This document shows positions 1-11,249 of a stretch of 64,000 bases of DNA, piece by piece (position 1 is the first letter of the stretch; each line of letters starts with the position of its first letter). The notes below the pieces were generated by a model. It was given only the letters and a program-made list of their open reading frames with translations, had not been told where the DNA came from and did no database searches. A program made the position numbers and the translations under genes. This DNA comes from Eledone cirrhosa (taxonomy: Eukaryota), in NCBI GenBank assembly GCA_964016885.1, contig OZ024742.1, positions 64,356,001 through 64,420,000 on the forward strand, in the 5' to 3' direction.

Positions 1-1425
1 GTGATGATGGCAGAGAATATAGAATGTTAGAATAATAGATATAGGTGATGACAGAGAATATAGAATGTGAGAATAATAGATATATGGTGATGATGACAGA
101 GAATATAGAATGTTAGAATAATAGATATAGGTGATGATAGAGAATATAGAATGTGAGAATAATAGAGATGGTGATGACAGAGAATATAGAATGTGAGAAT
201 AATAGATATAGGTGATGATAGAGAATATAGAATGTGAGAATAATAGATATATGGTGATGATGACAGAATATAGAATGTGAGAATAATAGATTTATGGTGA
301 TGATGACAGAGAATATAGAATGTTAGAATAATAGATATAGGTGATGATAGAGAACATAGAATGTGAGAATAATAGAGATGGTGATGACAGAGAATATAGA
401 ATGTGAGAATAATAGATATAGGTGATGACAGAGAATATAGAATGTGAGAATAATAGATATATGGTGATGATGACAGAATATAGAATGTGAGAATAATAGA
501 TATATGGTGATGATGACAGAGAATATAGAATGTGAGAATAATAGATATAGGTGATGATAGAGAATATAGAATGTTAGAATAATAGATATATGGTGATGAT
601 AGAGAATATAAAATGTGAGAATAATAGATATATGGTGATGATGACAGAGAATGTAGAATGTGAGAATAATAGATATAGGTGATGATAGAGAATATAGAAT
701 GTTAGAATAATAGATATATGGTGATGATAGAGAATATAAAATGTGAGAATAATAGATATATGGTGATGATGACAGAGAATATAGAATGTGAGAATAATAG
801 ATATAGGTGATGATAGAGAATATAGAATGTTAGAATAATAGATATATGGTGATGATAGAGAATATAAAATGTGAGAATAATAGATATATGGTGATGATGA
901 CAGAGAATGTAGAATGTGAGAATAATAGATATAGGTGATGATAGAGAATATAGAATGTTAGAATAATAGATATATGGTGACGATAGAGAATATAAAATGT
1001 GAGAATAATAGATATATGGTGATGATAGAGAATATAGAATGTTAGAATAATAGATATATGGTGATGACAGAATATAGAATGTGAGAAAAATAGATATATG
1101 TGATGACAGAATATAGAATGTGAGAATAATAGATATATGTGATGACAGAGAATATAGAATGTGAGAATAATAGATATAGGTAATGACAGAGAATATAGAA
1201 TGTGAGAATAATAGATATAGGTGATGACAGAGAATATAGAATGTGAGAATAATAGATATATGGTGATGATAGAGAATATAGAATGTGAGAATAATAGATA
1301 TATGGTGATGATAGAGAATGTAGAATGTGAGAATAATAGATATATGGTGATGATAGAGAATATAGAATGTGAGAATAATAGATATATGGTGATGATAGAG
1401 AATATATAATATGAGAATAATAAAT
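1..1425. repeat. Tandem array, ~42 bp unit (40-45 bp variants), consensus GTGATGAYAGAGAATATAGAATGTGAGAATAATAGATATATG; runs off the left edge
   Basis: About 33 directly visible copies; purine-rich, nearly C-free + strand. ORF 1221-1409 is just the unit read in frame. Confidence 0.97.
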
Positions 1426-1664
1426 GTACGTACCAGTAATCTTTAGTTTAGGTGCCAGGAATGAACTGCTACTGGTAATGCTGGTGGCCTCAGACTGTGA
1501 CAGCTGACAATACCAAAGGAACAGTACTTAAATGTTAGGCTGTGTGTGTGGGTGCATGCGTGTATGTAGGAATATATATGTAGTGGAATTAGCAAGCAGT
1601 TTAATAGAAACAACAGACTTTGTATGTAGCAGATGTACATAAGATGTAAATACTAAGAACTCAT

Positions 1665-2200
1665 GTGAAGTAGATTCTTTCAACTGCCAGGGAGGCTCAT
1701 TAGAAGTTGTCAACAACTTATGTTACTTAGGTGATCAAATTAGCAGTAGGGGAAGATACACTAAAAGTGTGATAGCCAGGATCAGAACAGGCTGGAAGAA
1801 GTTTAGAGAGCTGATACCTCTGCTGACAACAAAGGGTTTCTTTTTCAGAGTGGAGGGTCTACTGTATGATGCCTGCGTGTGAACTGCAATGTTACATGGC
1901 AGTGAAACATGGGCCTTAACTACAGAAGACCTGTGAAAGCTGGAGAGAAATGAAGCAAGTATGCTCCGATGGATGTGGAATGTTAGTGTGCATGAACGAC
2001 ATAGCATAAGTGAATTGAAAGGAAAACTTGAAATAAGAGGAATTGGATATGTATGGAGGATATCAGCTGTATAAAGAAATACAGAGCTCAGTGGCTGGAA
2101 CTTGAGGAAAAGGCAAACCCAGGAAAATATGGGATGAGTTAGTGAAGAGCAGCTTTAAGAAACCAAGCCTCACAACTGAAATGACAAAGGATCAAGACTG
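1665..2200 (+). mobile_element. Degenerate RTE-clade LINE 3' coding fragment (post-RT thumb/C-terminal region)
   Basis: Manual translation: LEVVNNLCYLGDQISS..SVIARIRTGWKKFRELIPLLTTKGF..LYDACV*TAMLHGSETWALT..KLERNEASMLRWM, with stops and frameshifts. Homologous to 46090-46690. Confidence 0.9.
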
Positions 2201-2201
2201 C

Positions 2202-4148
2202 TGATACAAAGGTTAAACAGAGCTACAGTGACCCAGTGGAGCAAGGGTTAAACAGAGCTACAGTGACCCAGTGGAGCAAGGGTTAAACAGAGCTACAGTT
2301 ACCCAGTGATACAAGGGTTAAACAGAGCTACAGTACTCAGTGGGGAAAGGGTTAAACAGAGCTACAGTTACCCAGTGATGCAAGGGTTAAACAGAGCTAC
2401 AGTGACCCATTGATGCAAGGGTTAAACAGAGCTACAGTTACCCAGTGATGCAAGGGTTAAACAGAGCTACAGTACCCAGTGATGCAAGGGTTAAACAGAG
2501 CTACAGTTACCCAGTGAGGCAAGGGTTAAACAGAACTACAGTGACCCATTGATGCAAGGGTTAAACAGAGCTACAGTTACCCAGTGATGCAAGAGTTAAA
2601 CAGAGCTACAGTGACCCAGTGGGGCAAGGGTTAAACAGAGCTACAGTTACCCAGTGATGCAAGAGTTAAACAGAGCTACAGTGACCCAGTGGGGCAAGGG
2701 TTAAACAGAGCTACAGTGACCCATTGATGCAAGGGTTAAACAGAGCTACAGTACCCAGTGATGCAAGGGTTAAACAGAGCTACAGTACCCAGTGATGCAA
2801 GGGTTAAACAGAGCTACAGTTACCCAGTGAGGCAAGGGTTAAACAGAACTACAGTGACCCATTGATGCAAGGGTTAAACAGAGCTACAGTTACCCAGTGA
2901 TGCAAGAGTTAAACAGAGCTACAGTGACCCAGTGGGGCAAGGGTTAAACAGAGCTACAGTGACCCATTGATGCAAGGGTTAAACAGAGCTACAGTGACCA
3001 GTGGGGCAAAGGTTAAACAGAGCTACAGTGAATCAGTGGGGCAAGGGTTAAACAGAGCTACAGTGACCCAGTGGGGAAAGGGTTAAACAGAGCTACAGTG
3101 ACCAGTGGGGCAAAGGTTAAACAGAGCTACAGTGACCCAGTGATGCAAGGGTAAACAGAGCTACAGTGAATCAGTGGGGAAAGGGTTAAACAGAGCTACA
3201 GTGAATCAGTGGGGCAAGGGTTAAACAGAGCTACAGTGACCCAGTGGAGCAAGGGTTAAACAGAGCTACAGTGACCCAGTGGGGAAAGGGTTAAACAGAG
3301 CTACAGTGAAGCATTGATGCAAGGGTTAAACAGAGCTACAGTGACCCATTGATGCAAGGGTTAAACAGAGCTACAGTGACCCAGTGGGGCAAGGGTTAAA
3401 CAGAGCTACAGTTACCCATTGATGCAAGGGTTAAACAGAACTACAGTGACCCAGTGGGGCAAGGGTTAAACAGAGCTACAGTGAAGCATTGATGCAAGGG
3501 TTAAACAGAGCTACAGTGACCCATTGATGCAAGGGTTAAACAGAGCTACAGTTACCCAGTGGGGCAAGGGTTAAACAGAGCTACAGTTACCCAGTGGGGC
3601 AAGGGTTAAACAGAGCTACAGTTACCCAGTGATGCAAGGGTTAAACAGAGCTACAGTGACCCAGTGGGGCAAGGGTTAAACAGAGCTACAGTGACCCATT
3701 GATGCAAGGGTTAAACAGAACTACAGTGACCCAGTGGGGCAAGGGTTAAACAGAGCTACAGTGACCCATTGATGCAAGGGTTAAACAGAGCTACAGTTAC
3801 CCAGTGATGCAAGGGTTAAACAGAGCTACAGTGACCCAGTGGGGCAAGGGTTAAACAGAGCTACAGTGACTCAGTGATGCAAGGGTTAAATAGGGCTATA
3901 GTGAGCCAGTGGGGCAAGGGTTAAACAGAGCTACAGTGACTCAGTGATGCAAGGGTTAAATAGGGCTATAGTGATGCAAGGGTTAAATAGGGCTATAGTG
4001 AGCCAGTGGGGCAAGGGTTAAACAGAGCTACAGTGACCCAGTGATGCAAGGGTTAAATAGGGCTATAGTGATGCAAGGGTTAAATAGGGCTATAGTGATG
4101 CAAGGGTTAAATAGGGCTATAGTGAGCCAGTGGGGCAAGGGTTAAACA
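2202..4148. repeat. Tandem array, 35 bp unit GGGTTAAACAGAGCTACAGTGACCCAGTGGGGCAA (~56 copies)
   Basis: Near-invariant 20 bp core plus recurrent variants (GTTAC/GTGAC, CCAGT/CCATT, GATG/GGGG). TAGGGCTATAG variants and shortened 25 bp units at the right end. Confidence 0.97.
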
Positions 4149-4918
4149 AGTGATGACACAATCATCTCATAACAGGTTCTAGTAATTTAGTCATAGGAAA
4201 TTACAACTCATACACATGAAAATTACACACACACACACGGACATATCTATAAGCAGACACACACATAGACATACCAATACACACACACAAGCATATCTAT
4301 AAGCACGCACACACATGGACAAACCTATACATACATACATACATACACAAACATTTACACACACACACACACACATGTATATATCTATACATATAGACAC
4401 ACATATGGATATATCTATACACATGCTAGCGTGGAAGATGAACGTTAAACGATGATGATGATGACAGATAAATTTGCACACACACACACACACACACACG
4501 TGTACGTATATACCTATTCATACACACAAACATTTATACATACACATACATTTGGACATATCTATACATATACACACAAAGATGTATATATGCACATACA
4601 AGCATGTATATGAGTGTATGCACATGTGTGTATAGATATCTAACTACATTAATAATCAGGTTGTTGGGAAACAATATTTCCGGCTGTGACATACAGCTGT
4701 TACACGCAAATATGGGACAGAATAATAGAGAAAGAGAGGAGTCTAAATATATGCAGCAGACATATATATATATATTATGGTATATTGCTAGCTATCCCAT
4801 TCCTGTATAAGGTTCAGTTTCTTGAGATCATTCTTCACAACTATGTCCCATGTCTTCCTTGGTCTTCCCTTTCCACAGGTTCCATCCACTTCAAGCACTC
4901 AACACAATATATACATAC

Positions 4919-4974
<56 letters not shown>

Positions 4975-4981
4975 GTGTGTT

Positions 4982-5277
4982 GAGAGAGAAACTGTGTATA
5001 AAAGGGATAAGTTGTGGTGTGCAAGAGAGAAGACTGAGATGGTATGGACATGTGATGCACATGGAAGATGACTACTGGGTAAAGAAGTGCCAAGAAATCC
5101 CAGTAGAAGGAAGATGCAGTAGAGGAAGACCACAAAAAACATGGGCGGAGGCAGTGAGAGCAGACCTCAGATCGCTGAAGCTCACGGAGGACCGTGACAA
5201 GTGGAGAGATTCTGTGCTAAATAGGACCCGTCCCACCCTTGCAAGCAGGGAAAAGTGGATGTAAAATGATGATGATG
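4982..5277 (+). mobile_element. RTE LINE extreme 3' end with short tail ending (GAT)n
   Basis: LREKLCIKGISCGVQERRLRWYGHVMHMEDDYWVKKC..GRPQKTWAEAVRADL..DRDKWR (in ORF 4686-5264), then CCCGTCCCACCCTTGCAAGCAGGGAAAAGTGGATGTAAAATGATGATGAT. Confidence 0.9.
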
Positions 5278-5284
5278 CATGCAT

Positions 5285-5640
5285 CCATATATATATATAC
5301 ACACACCTATATACACATACCCACATATATATATATATACACATAAATGCACACATATATACACATAAATGCACACACACATACATATATATACACATAA
5401 ATGCACACACACATACATATATATACACATAAATGCACACACACACACATACATATATATACACATAAATGCACACACACACATACATATATATACACAT
5501 AAATGCACACACACACATACATATATATACACATAAATGCACACACACACAAACATATATATACACATAAATGCACACACACACATACATATATATACAC
5601 ATAAATGCACACACACACACACACATATATACACACACAC
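5285..5640. repeat. Compound (AC)/(AT) minisatellite, ~30-34 bp unit ACACACACATACATATATATACACATAAATGC
   Basis: About 9 copies anchored by ACATAAATGC; a (GA)n tract follows at ~5780-5818. Confidence 0.9.
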
Positions 5641-5775
5641 ACAGACTGGTGGAGAGAGAGGAGTAAAAAGGGTGAGTAGATGAGGTATAGAAAGAAGGGA
5701 GTGGTGATAGAGTGGTAGAGAGAGAAAGAGAGAGATAGGTAGAGAAAGATAGAGGGAGAAATAGCGACACATTAA

Positions 5776-5821
<46 letters not shown>

Positions 5822-6479
5822 GTACTTACACCATTATAGTCACTAGCTTCTGATGTAGTAGAATATGATGCAATGGTTGATTCCCTGCTCAGGGTGTCTT
5901 CATTTGCTGGAAATATTGGAATGGAAGATAATGTTACTGACATACTGCAGCTACTCAATGATGTGTGTGTGTGGATACATACAAACATGCATACATATGC
6001 ACACTACTCAGGATCATGGCCACCCTCCATATTCTTTTGTCACACTGTCAAATTTCACCATACAGGCATACTTTCTCAACCCTTCTCTCGGAACACTACT
6101 ACATCTGTCATACACACATAAAACTGCTTGTCATCCTCTCCCACCTAGTCTAACTCATGATATACTTATCCTTTCCCCTTCCATACCCTATTCCCTCCCT
6201 CATAAGATAGAGAGGTTCCTTTGTCTTGTCAGTTACTGACAACTTCCCTAGTACTAGGACCACAAATGCTCCCAGTATACTGTGTAAAGTGGAGCAAATT
6301 CGGTAAAGTGGATGGTAACTGGAAGGGCTTCCAGCTGTAGAAACCATGCCAACAAAAAAAGGGGGACATGGAAGACTCTTCAATTGTGTCCAAGACATGA
6401 CAGCCTCCCTTGTTCCAGTGCTATGATAAATTGCACATGGCTCACTCTGTAGAGTGTAGGATTGTGTGTAAGTGAGAGG

Positions 6480-6712
6480 TGGTAGTTCTGGGGTCATGGC
6501 AAAAGCACCCAGTCCACCCTGTAAGGTGGTAGTGCTGGAAGCACAATAATAAATTCCCAGTCCACACTGTAAAGTGGTCGGTGTTAGGAAGGGCATCCAC
6601 CCATAGAAACCAAATAAAAAATGTATCATACGAGTAAAATACAGTCTAGCTTTAGCACATAACAGCCCATCTAACCTCTGCAAGCATGGAAAATAGATGT
6701 TAAATGGTGATA
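6480..6712 (+). mobile_element. 5'-truncated copy of the GGAAGGGCATCC / RTE-tail retro-module
   Basis: CCCAGTCCACACTGTAAAGTGGTCGGTGTTAGGAAGGGCATCC..CCCATCTAACCTCTGCAAGCATGGAAAATAGATGTTAAATGGTGAT matches 44640-44852 and 46900-47079. Confidence 0.75.
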
Positions 6713-7544
6713 CAAACTTAACTGCATACACACATACAGATATACATACACACTGACATAGAGACATAAATACACATTGACATATATACACACACATACA
6801 GATATAGATAAACACACACCACACACACATATATATATATGGAGAACAGTATATTGACAAAAAAAACAACTGTGTTCTAGTTTTATTTTTATCAATGTCT
6901 ACTTAATATTTTTGAACGAGTTGCTTGCAGTTTGTTTCAAACATTAAAGCTTTTAAACCTATCATCAACATTTCTAGGCTTTCACAGTCTCATTATCAGG
7001 ATCAAGTGAAGTTGTTGGTACGTATTGTTGCCTCATTATTGGAGGCATGACTGGTATTGGAATCAGAGTTTTGGATAGTTAGATTGTCAACAGTCAGATA
7101 TTTATTTTTGTTTGTGAATAATCTGTTATTTATGATTCTTTTTGATTTGCACTCTGGTTTCCATTATTGATTGTATATTTTTGTGAGGAATTTTGTGTAG
7201 TTTAGATGCATTGTTTACTAATGTTTTTCTATCTAGCTTTGTTTTGTTATGTTATGTTATGTAGTATATTGTAATTACTTCTTGTAAATGCAAAGTGACT
7301 TAGTGGATGAGTGATGTACTTGTATTGCTAATATAACAGTTGAATTCATGAACTTTACAATTTTTATGCAGTCAAGCTGGAATTATTAGCTTTAAAACTG
7401 AAATAAAAGAAAAGAAATGAGGCAAACATGTTCTACTGAATGTGTAATGTCTGTGTGCAAGAACAATGAAATACAAATGAGTTGAGAGAAAAACTGGGTC
7501 ATTGTCATCATTTAATGTCTGTTGTTCTTGCTAGCCAATTAGAA

Positions 7545-7860
7545 AAAAAAAACTGAGCAGGTATGGACAGAGTAGATTCTGCTAAAGACATCCAAAGACC
7601 AGCTAAGTAATGTTAAACTGGACAACAGAGTGGATTCTGTAAAAGACATACAAGGACCAGGCAGTAATGTTAAACTGGACAACAGAGTGAACTCTGCTAA
7701 AGATATCCAAGGACCAGGTAGTGGTGTTAAGCTAGACAACAGAGTGGACACTGTTAAAGACATCTAAGGACCAGGTTATGGTGTTAAACTGGACAACAAA
7801 TTAAGTCTACCACACAAGAAGCAGGTGATGGTGTTAAAATGGGTTAAAAAATTAAGTACT
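7545..7860. repeat. 57 bp minisatellite (~5 copies); related block at 50010-50175
   Basis: Unit GGACAACAGAGTGGACTCTGCTAAAGACATCCAAGGACCAGGTAGTGGTGTTAAACT. Confidence 0.85.
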
Positions 7861-8231
7861 GTAATCATACTAACATCCTTCTGGCTTGTTCTGTCAAATA
7901 AGTTGATGATAATAGGTGAACTTCTAAAGACAATAAGTAACCCTCGAAATATGCCAAAAATTTTACATTTTATACAATACTATCCAGACTCGTCTAACAG
8001 ATTGTCATATGCAGTGGTAGATTGTGGGTGGATGGGGAGGAGACTGACAGATCTGTAACCAAGCAGTTTAATCTGCCCTGGTTCTTGTGGAAAAATGGAT
8101 TACAAACTGATTATCCTGATCATCAGCTCATTAGCTTTACATCTGTTTTTCCATGCTGACAAGAGATTTTTTAGGCAGAACTCTACAGCCAGTTGCTCTT
8201 CCTGATGCCAACCCTCACATTACCATATTTG

Positions 8232-8790
8232 GAATAATAATAATGAAATTAGTGTGTATAGTGCTCAGGTACACTACAACTCATCAAAGGTGCATGTATA
8301 GTCATCATCATCATCATCATCATCAACGTTTAACGTCCGTGTTCCACGCTTGCATGGGTTTGGACGGGGGTAGTCCCACTTGAGGCAAGAGTGATTGTCT
8401 TGCTCGCATAGGACTGTCTGGCAGGTTTTCTACAGTTGGATGCCCTTCCTAACACCAACCACATTTACAGTGTGGGTCTGGGAGGTTTTTACCGTGTTGC
8501 CTACACGGCCACATTACAGCGTGGACTGTGTGTTTTTTTGTCGTGACACCTACACGTATAGTACATAGAATAATGTACAAGTCATGATATACACACAGAT
8601 ATATGCATGCGTGTGTATGGATGGGGGAATATTAGGTGTGGTGTTGGCAAATTTGAGGAAGCATGAAGGTTTTGAAGGATGCAGTGTCCGGCAGCTAACA
8701 ACTGATACAGGTAGTTTGATCCATGCTTCAGCAACTCTGAGCTTGAAAAAATCTTTCTGAAAGTCATGGGAGCTGTGCTGTTTTCTGCCT
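8232..8790 (-). mobile_element. CR1-like LINE 3' end (ORF C-terminus + 3'UTR + (ATT)n tail), interrupted by a retro-module at 8303-8555
   Basis: Minus strand reads QHSSHDFQKDFFKLRVAEAWIKLPVSVVSC, resembling the CR1/L2 FF..RV...WN.LP..VV motif. Same 3'UTR at 9255-9387 (+) and 61510-61650 (-). Confidence 0.75.
8303..8555 (-). mobile_element. RTE-tail retro-module inserted into the CR1 3'UTR
   Basis: (CAT)n tail and GGATGCCCTTCCTAACACCAACC motif; flanked by the GTATAGT duplication, and the host sequence rejoins when it is removed (cf. 61560-61590). Confidence 0.85.
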
Positions 8791-9254
8791 AAATATTATT
8801 GATATGCACAAGGAAGTGTACAGCAAAATACATATGTAAGTGTATGTTTATACAGAGCAAGCACACAAGTTAAAAGGAGAACAAGCATGCAGTGACAAAT
8901 GAATGCAAAGCAGATACTGACAAAGATATATTTAGGATACTATCTACATCATAATTAGACAGTTATGTAGCTGAGCTGAGAGCAAATCTCATGAGTAAAA
9001 TATTAAAAAAAATTGAAGTGTTTTAGGGCATGCAGTAATAACAATGATAATATTAGTAGACAGATTTGGTGATTAAAATATTAGCTAACCACTAACATAC
9101 ACGTTTTCTTACCATAAACCTGAAAATAATTTTCTCATGTTTTAACAATTAGATTTGCTTTCATGTGCAAGGAAGAACTTGTATGGTTTTACAGATGTAT
9201 TATTGTATATTCCAACAGGTGTAATTATTAAATGACTAATAGATGTGTGTATCA

Positions 9255-9387
9255 TGACTCATGCACTGTTCATTTTCCTGACGTTTGTACATTACCCTAT
9301 GTACTATACATACACTTTTTGATGAGTTGTAGTGCACCTGAGCACTGTACACAATATTTCATTATTATTATTATTATTATTATTATA
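9255..9387 (+). mobile_element. CR1-like LINE 3'UTR fragment ending (ATT)n
   Basis: Reverse-complement match to 8237-8302 plus 8556-8580; ends GCACTGTACACAATATTTC(ATT)9. Confidence 0.75.
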
Positions 9388-9554
9388 TAATAAAATAGAC
9401 CCATTATAAATAAATAATTTCATTTTGAATATTTTTACCTCTGCTTATAATAACATCACTGAGACATTAGTAGAATATTTCATTAAAAACTTTTGCTTTC
9501 AGGGAAAGACATTAAATGATGATGATTATTTATATTTAAATGGGGTGATTAAAA

Positions 9555-9739
9555 GGGCGGTGGATTGGCAGTATCGGTAGAGGGTCGGACGCCATGTTTT
9601 CCAGCATAGTTACGTCCCTTTACGATCTGAGTTCAAATCCCGCTGAGGTTGACTTTGCCTTTCATCCTTACGGGGTCGATAAAATAAAGTACCAGCCACG
9701 CACTGGGTAATTGCTGGCCTTGTGCCTAAAGTAGAAACA
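9555..9739 (+). mobile_element. tRNA-headed SINE family A, full length
   Basis: A-box-like TGGCAGTATCGG, B box GTTCAAATCC (9631-9640), core GCCTTTCATCCTTACGGGGTCGATAAAATAAAGTACCAG, tail GGCCTTGTGCCTAAAGTAGAAACA; 18 bp TSD ATTATTTATATTTAAATG (9525-9542 / 9740-9757). Confidence 0.92.
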
Positions 9740-9985
9740 ATTATTTATATTTAAATGTCCTCAGGCTTAATTTGTCCCTCTCAAATCATTTCTGGGTCAA
9801 CTGCCTTTCATATTATTCAGGATCAGTGAAATAAACACCAGAAATATTCTGGGATCCATATAATTGTCTATACTCCCTTTCCTACAAAACTAGCCTCATG
9901 CCATATTCCATAGCTCAATAGGCTATAATAAGTTAAAGACCAGTGAAAATGTCTTAGTATTTGCCCAAATTTCCTTCTTGATAAT

Positions 9986-10086
9986 TGTTTCTACTTTTGG
10001 CACAAGGCCAGCAATTACCCAGTGCATTACTGGTACTTTATTTTATCGACCCCGTAAGGATGAAAGGCAAAGTTAACCTCTGCGAG
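9986..10086 (-). mobile_element. SINE family A, 5'-truncated
   Basis: Tail and core only; 12 bp TSD CTTCTTGATAAT (9974-9985 / 10087-10098). Confidence 0.9.
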
Positions 10087-11249
10087 CTTCTTGATAATGA
10101 TACCTTTTCACATGCAGGCAAGGGTTGGATGAGTCAGTTCCAACACAACATCTATTCATTTATCCATCAAGTGCCACAGCATCTGAGATCAACCCTCACT
10201 ACTCTTGCCCATGTTTTCTTCAGTCTTTCCCTACCGAGGCTGTTTCCTATATCTTAGTACCACACTAGTAAAGTCTTCTTTCTAGCACACTGTGATCCAG
10301 TCTTCATGCATACCAACATCATACTCATCTCATTTCTTTCCTGTTCTATATCCTCCACATTCACCACCCATGTTTAACTACTATACAACATCACACTTCA
10401 TGTGCAAGCATCATACAGTCTGTCTTATTTGTAGAGAGAACCTCTTAGTTGCCAATATAGGTAGTATTTTCCACCCAATTCTTACTCTAGCTACTACTTA
10501 TTTTCAACATTGAAGGTTGCTGAAGCTACTCATACCTATGTGACTTCCAATGTTGATGAGGTCAAGAAAAGCTATAGATAACTTTTGGGCTGTTTGATTA
10601 CTTCCATTTATTCTAAACTGAGATACATACAATAACAGTTACATGTTAAAAATATATGAAAACACATCTATCTATCAGTTTATTCAATGTTATAAATATA
10701 GGAAAATGAAATATTTAGCTCTTCCACGGCTCTGTCTATCTTCATATCTTTGATGTATGATAAAGAATTTCTTCACCAGCCACAGCTGCTCAATAAAGCC
10801 AGTGATTATAGCTGAGGATTCAGTAGTTTTAGGCAGCTGTGAGATGAATGTTGGGAATAAGAGGTCAGTATATTACAGCTAACATTGCCACAACTAACAC
10901 CTACTCCCTCACAACTAAGTCAACATAGGAATAGAGATATACTGAACACTGACTTTACAAAGCAATTTTATGACACCAAGAAGTTATCAAGACAAAACTT
11001 ACATCAACCATTTCATTACCATATTGCTAATGAAAACACTACCTATGATTTTCAAATCATTGAACATAAATCAGGAATTTAATAATATAACTAACTTTCT
11101 TATTATCAAGCTGATGTTTGGAATATTGCTTAATAAGACATCTTAGATAAAATTGTGATGGAAGGTTTTTAGATAAATATAAACATTTTAAAACAAACAG
11201 CTTTGTATCATGGAACTAAGGGTGGGTGGGTGAGTGAGTGAGTGCGTGA

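Noticed and set aside
2202-4148. CRISPR-like array (constant part + variable part)
   Set aside because: Variable parts are a few recurring alleles of one sequence, not unique spacers; no cas genes; eukaryotic context.
2202-4148. Telomeric repeat (AGGGTTA within the unit)
   Set aside because: Only one hexamer-like match per 35 bp; no (TTAGGG)n run.
4191-6895. Cys/Val/Tyr/Ile-rich ORFs
   Set aside because: Translations of (AC)n/(AT)n/(AG)n microsatellites.
9555-9645. tRNA genes at A/B-box sites (also 17419, 50971, 53238)
   Set aside because: Boxes continue into SINE core and tail sequence, most with TSDs; no convincing cloverleaf.
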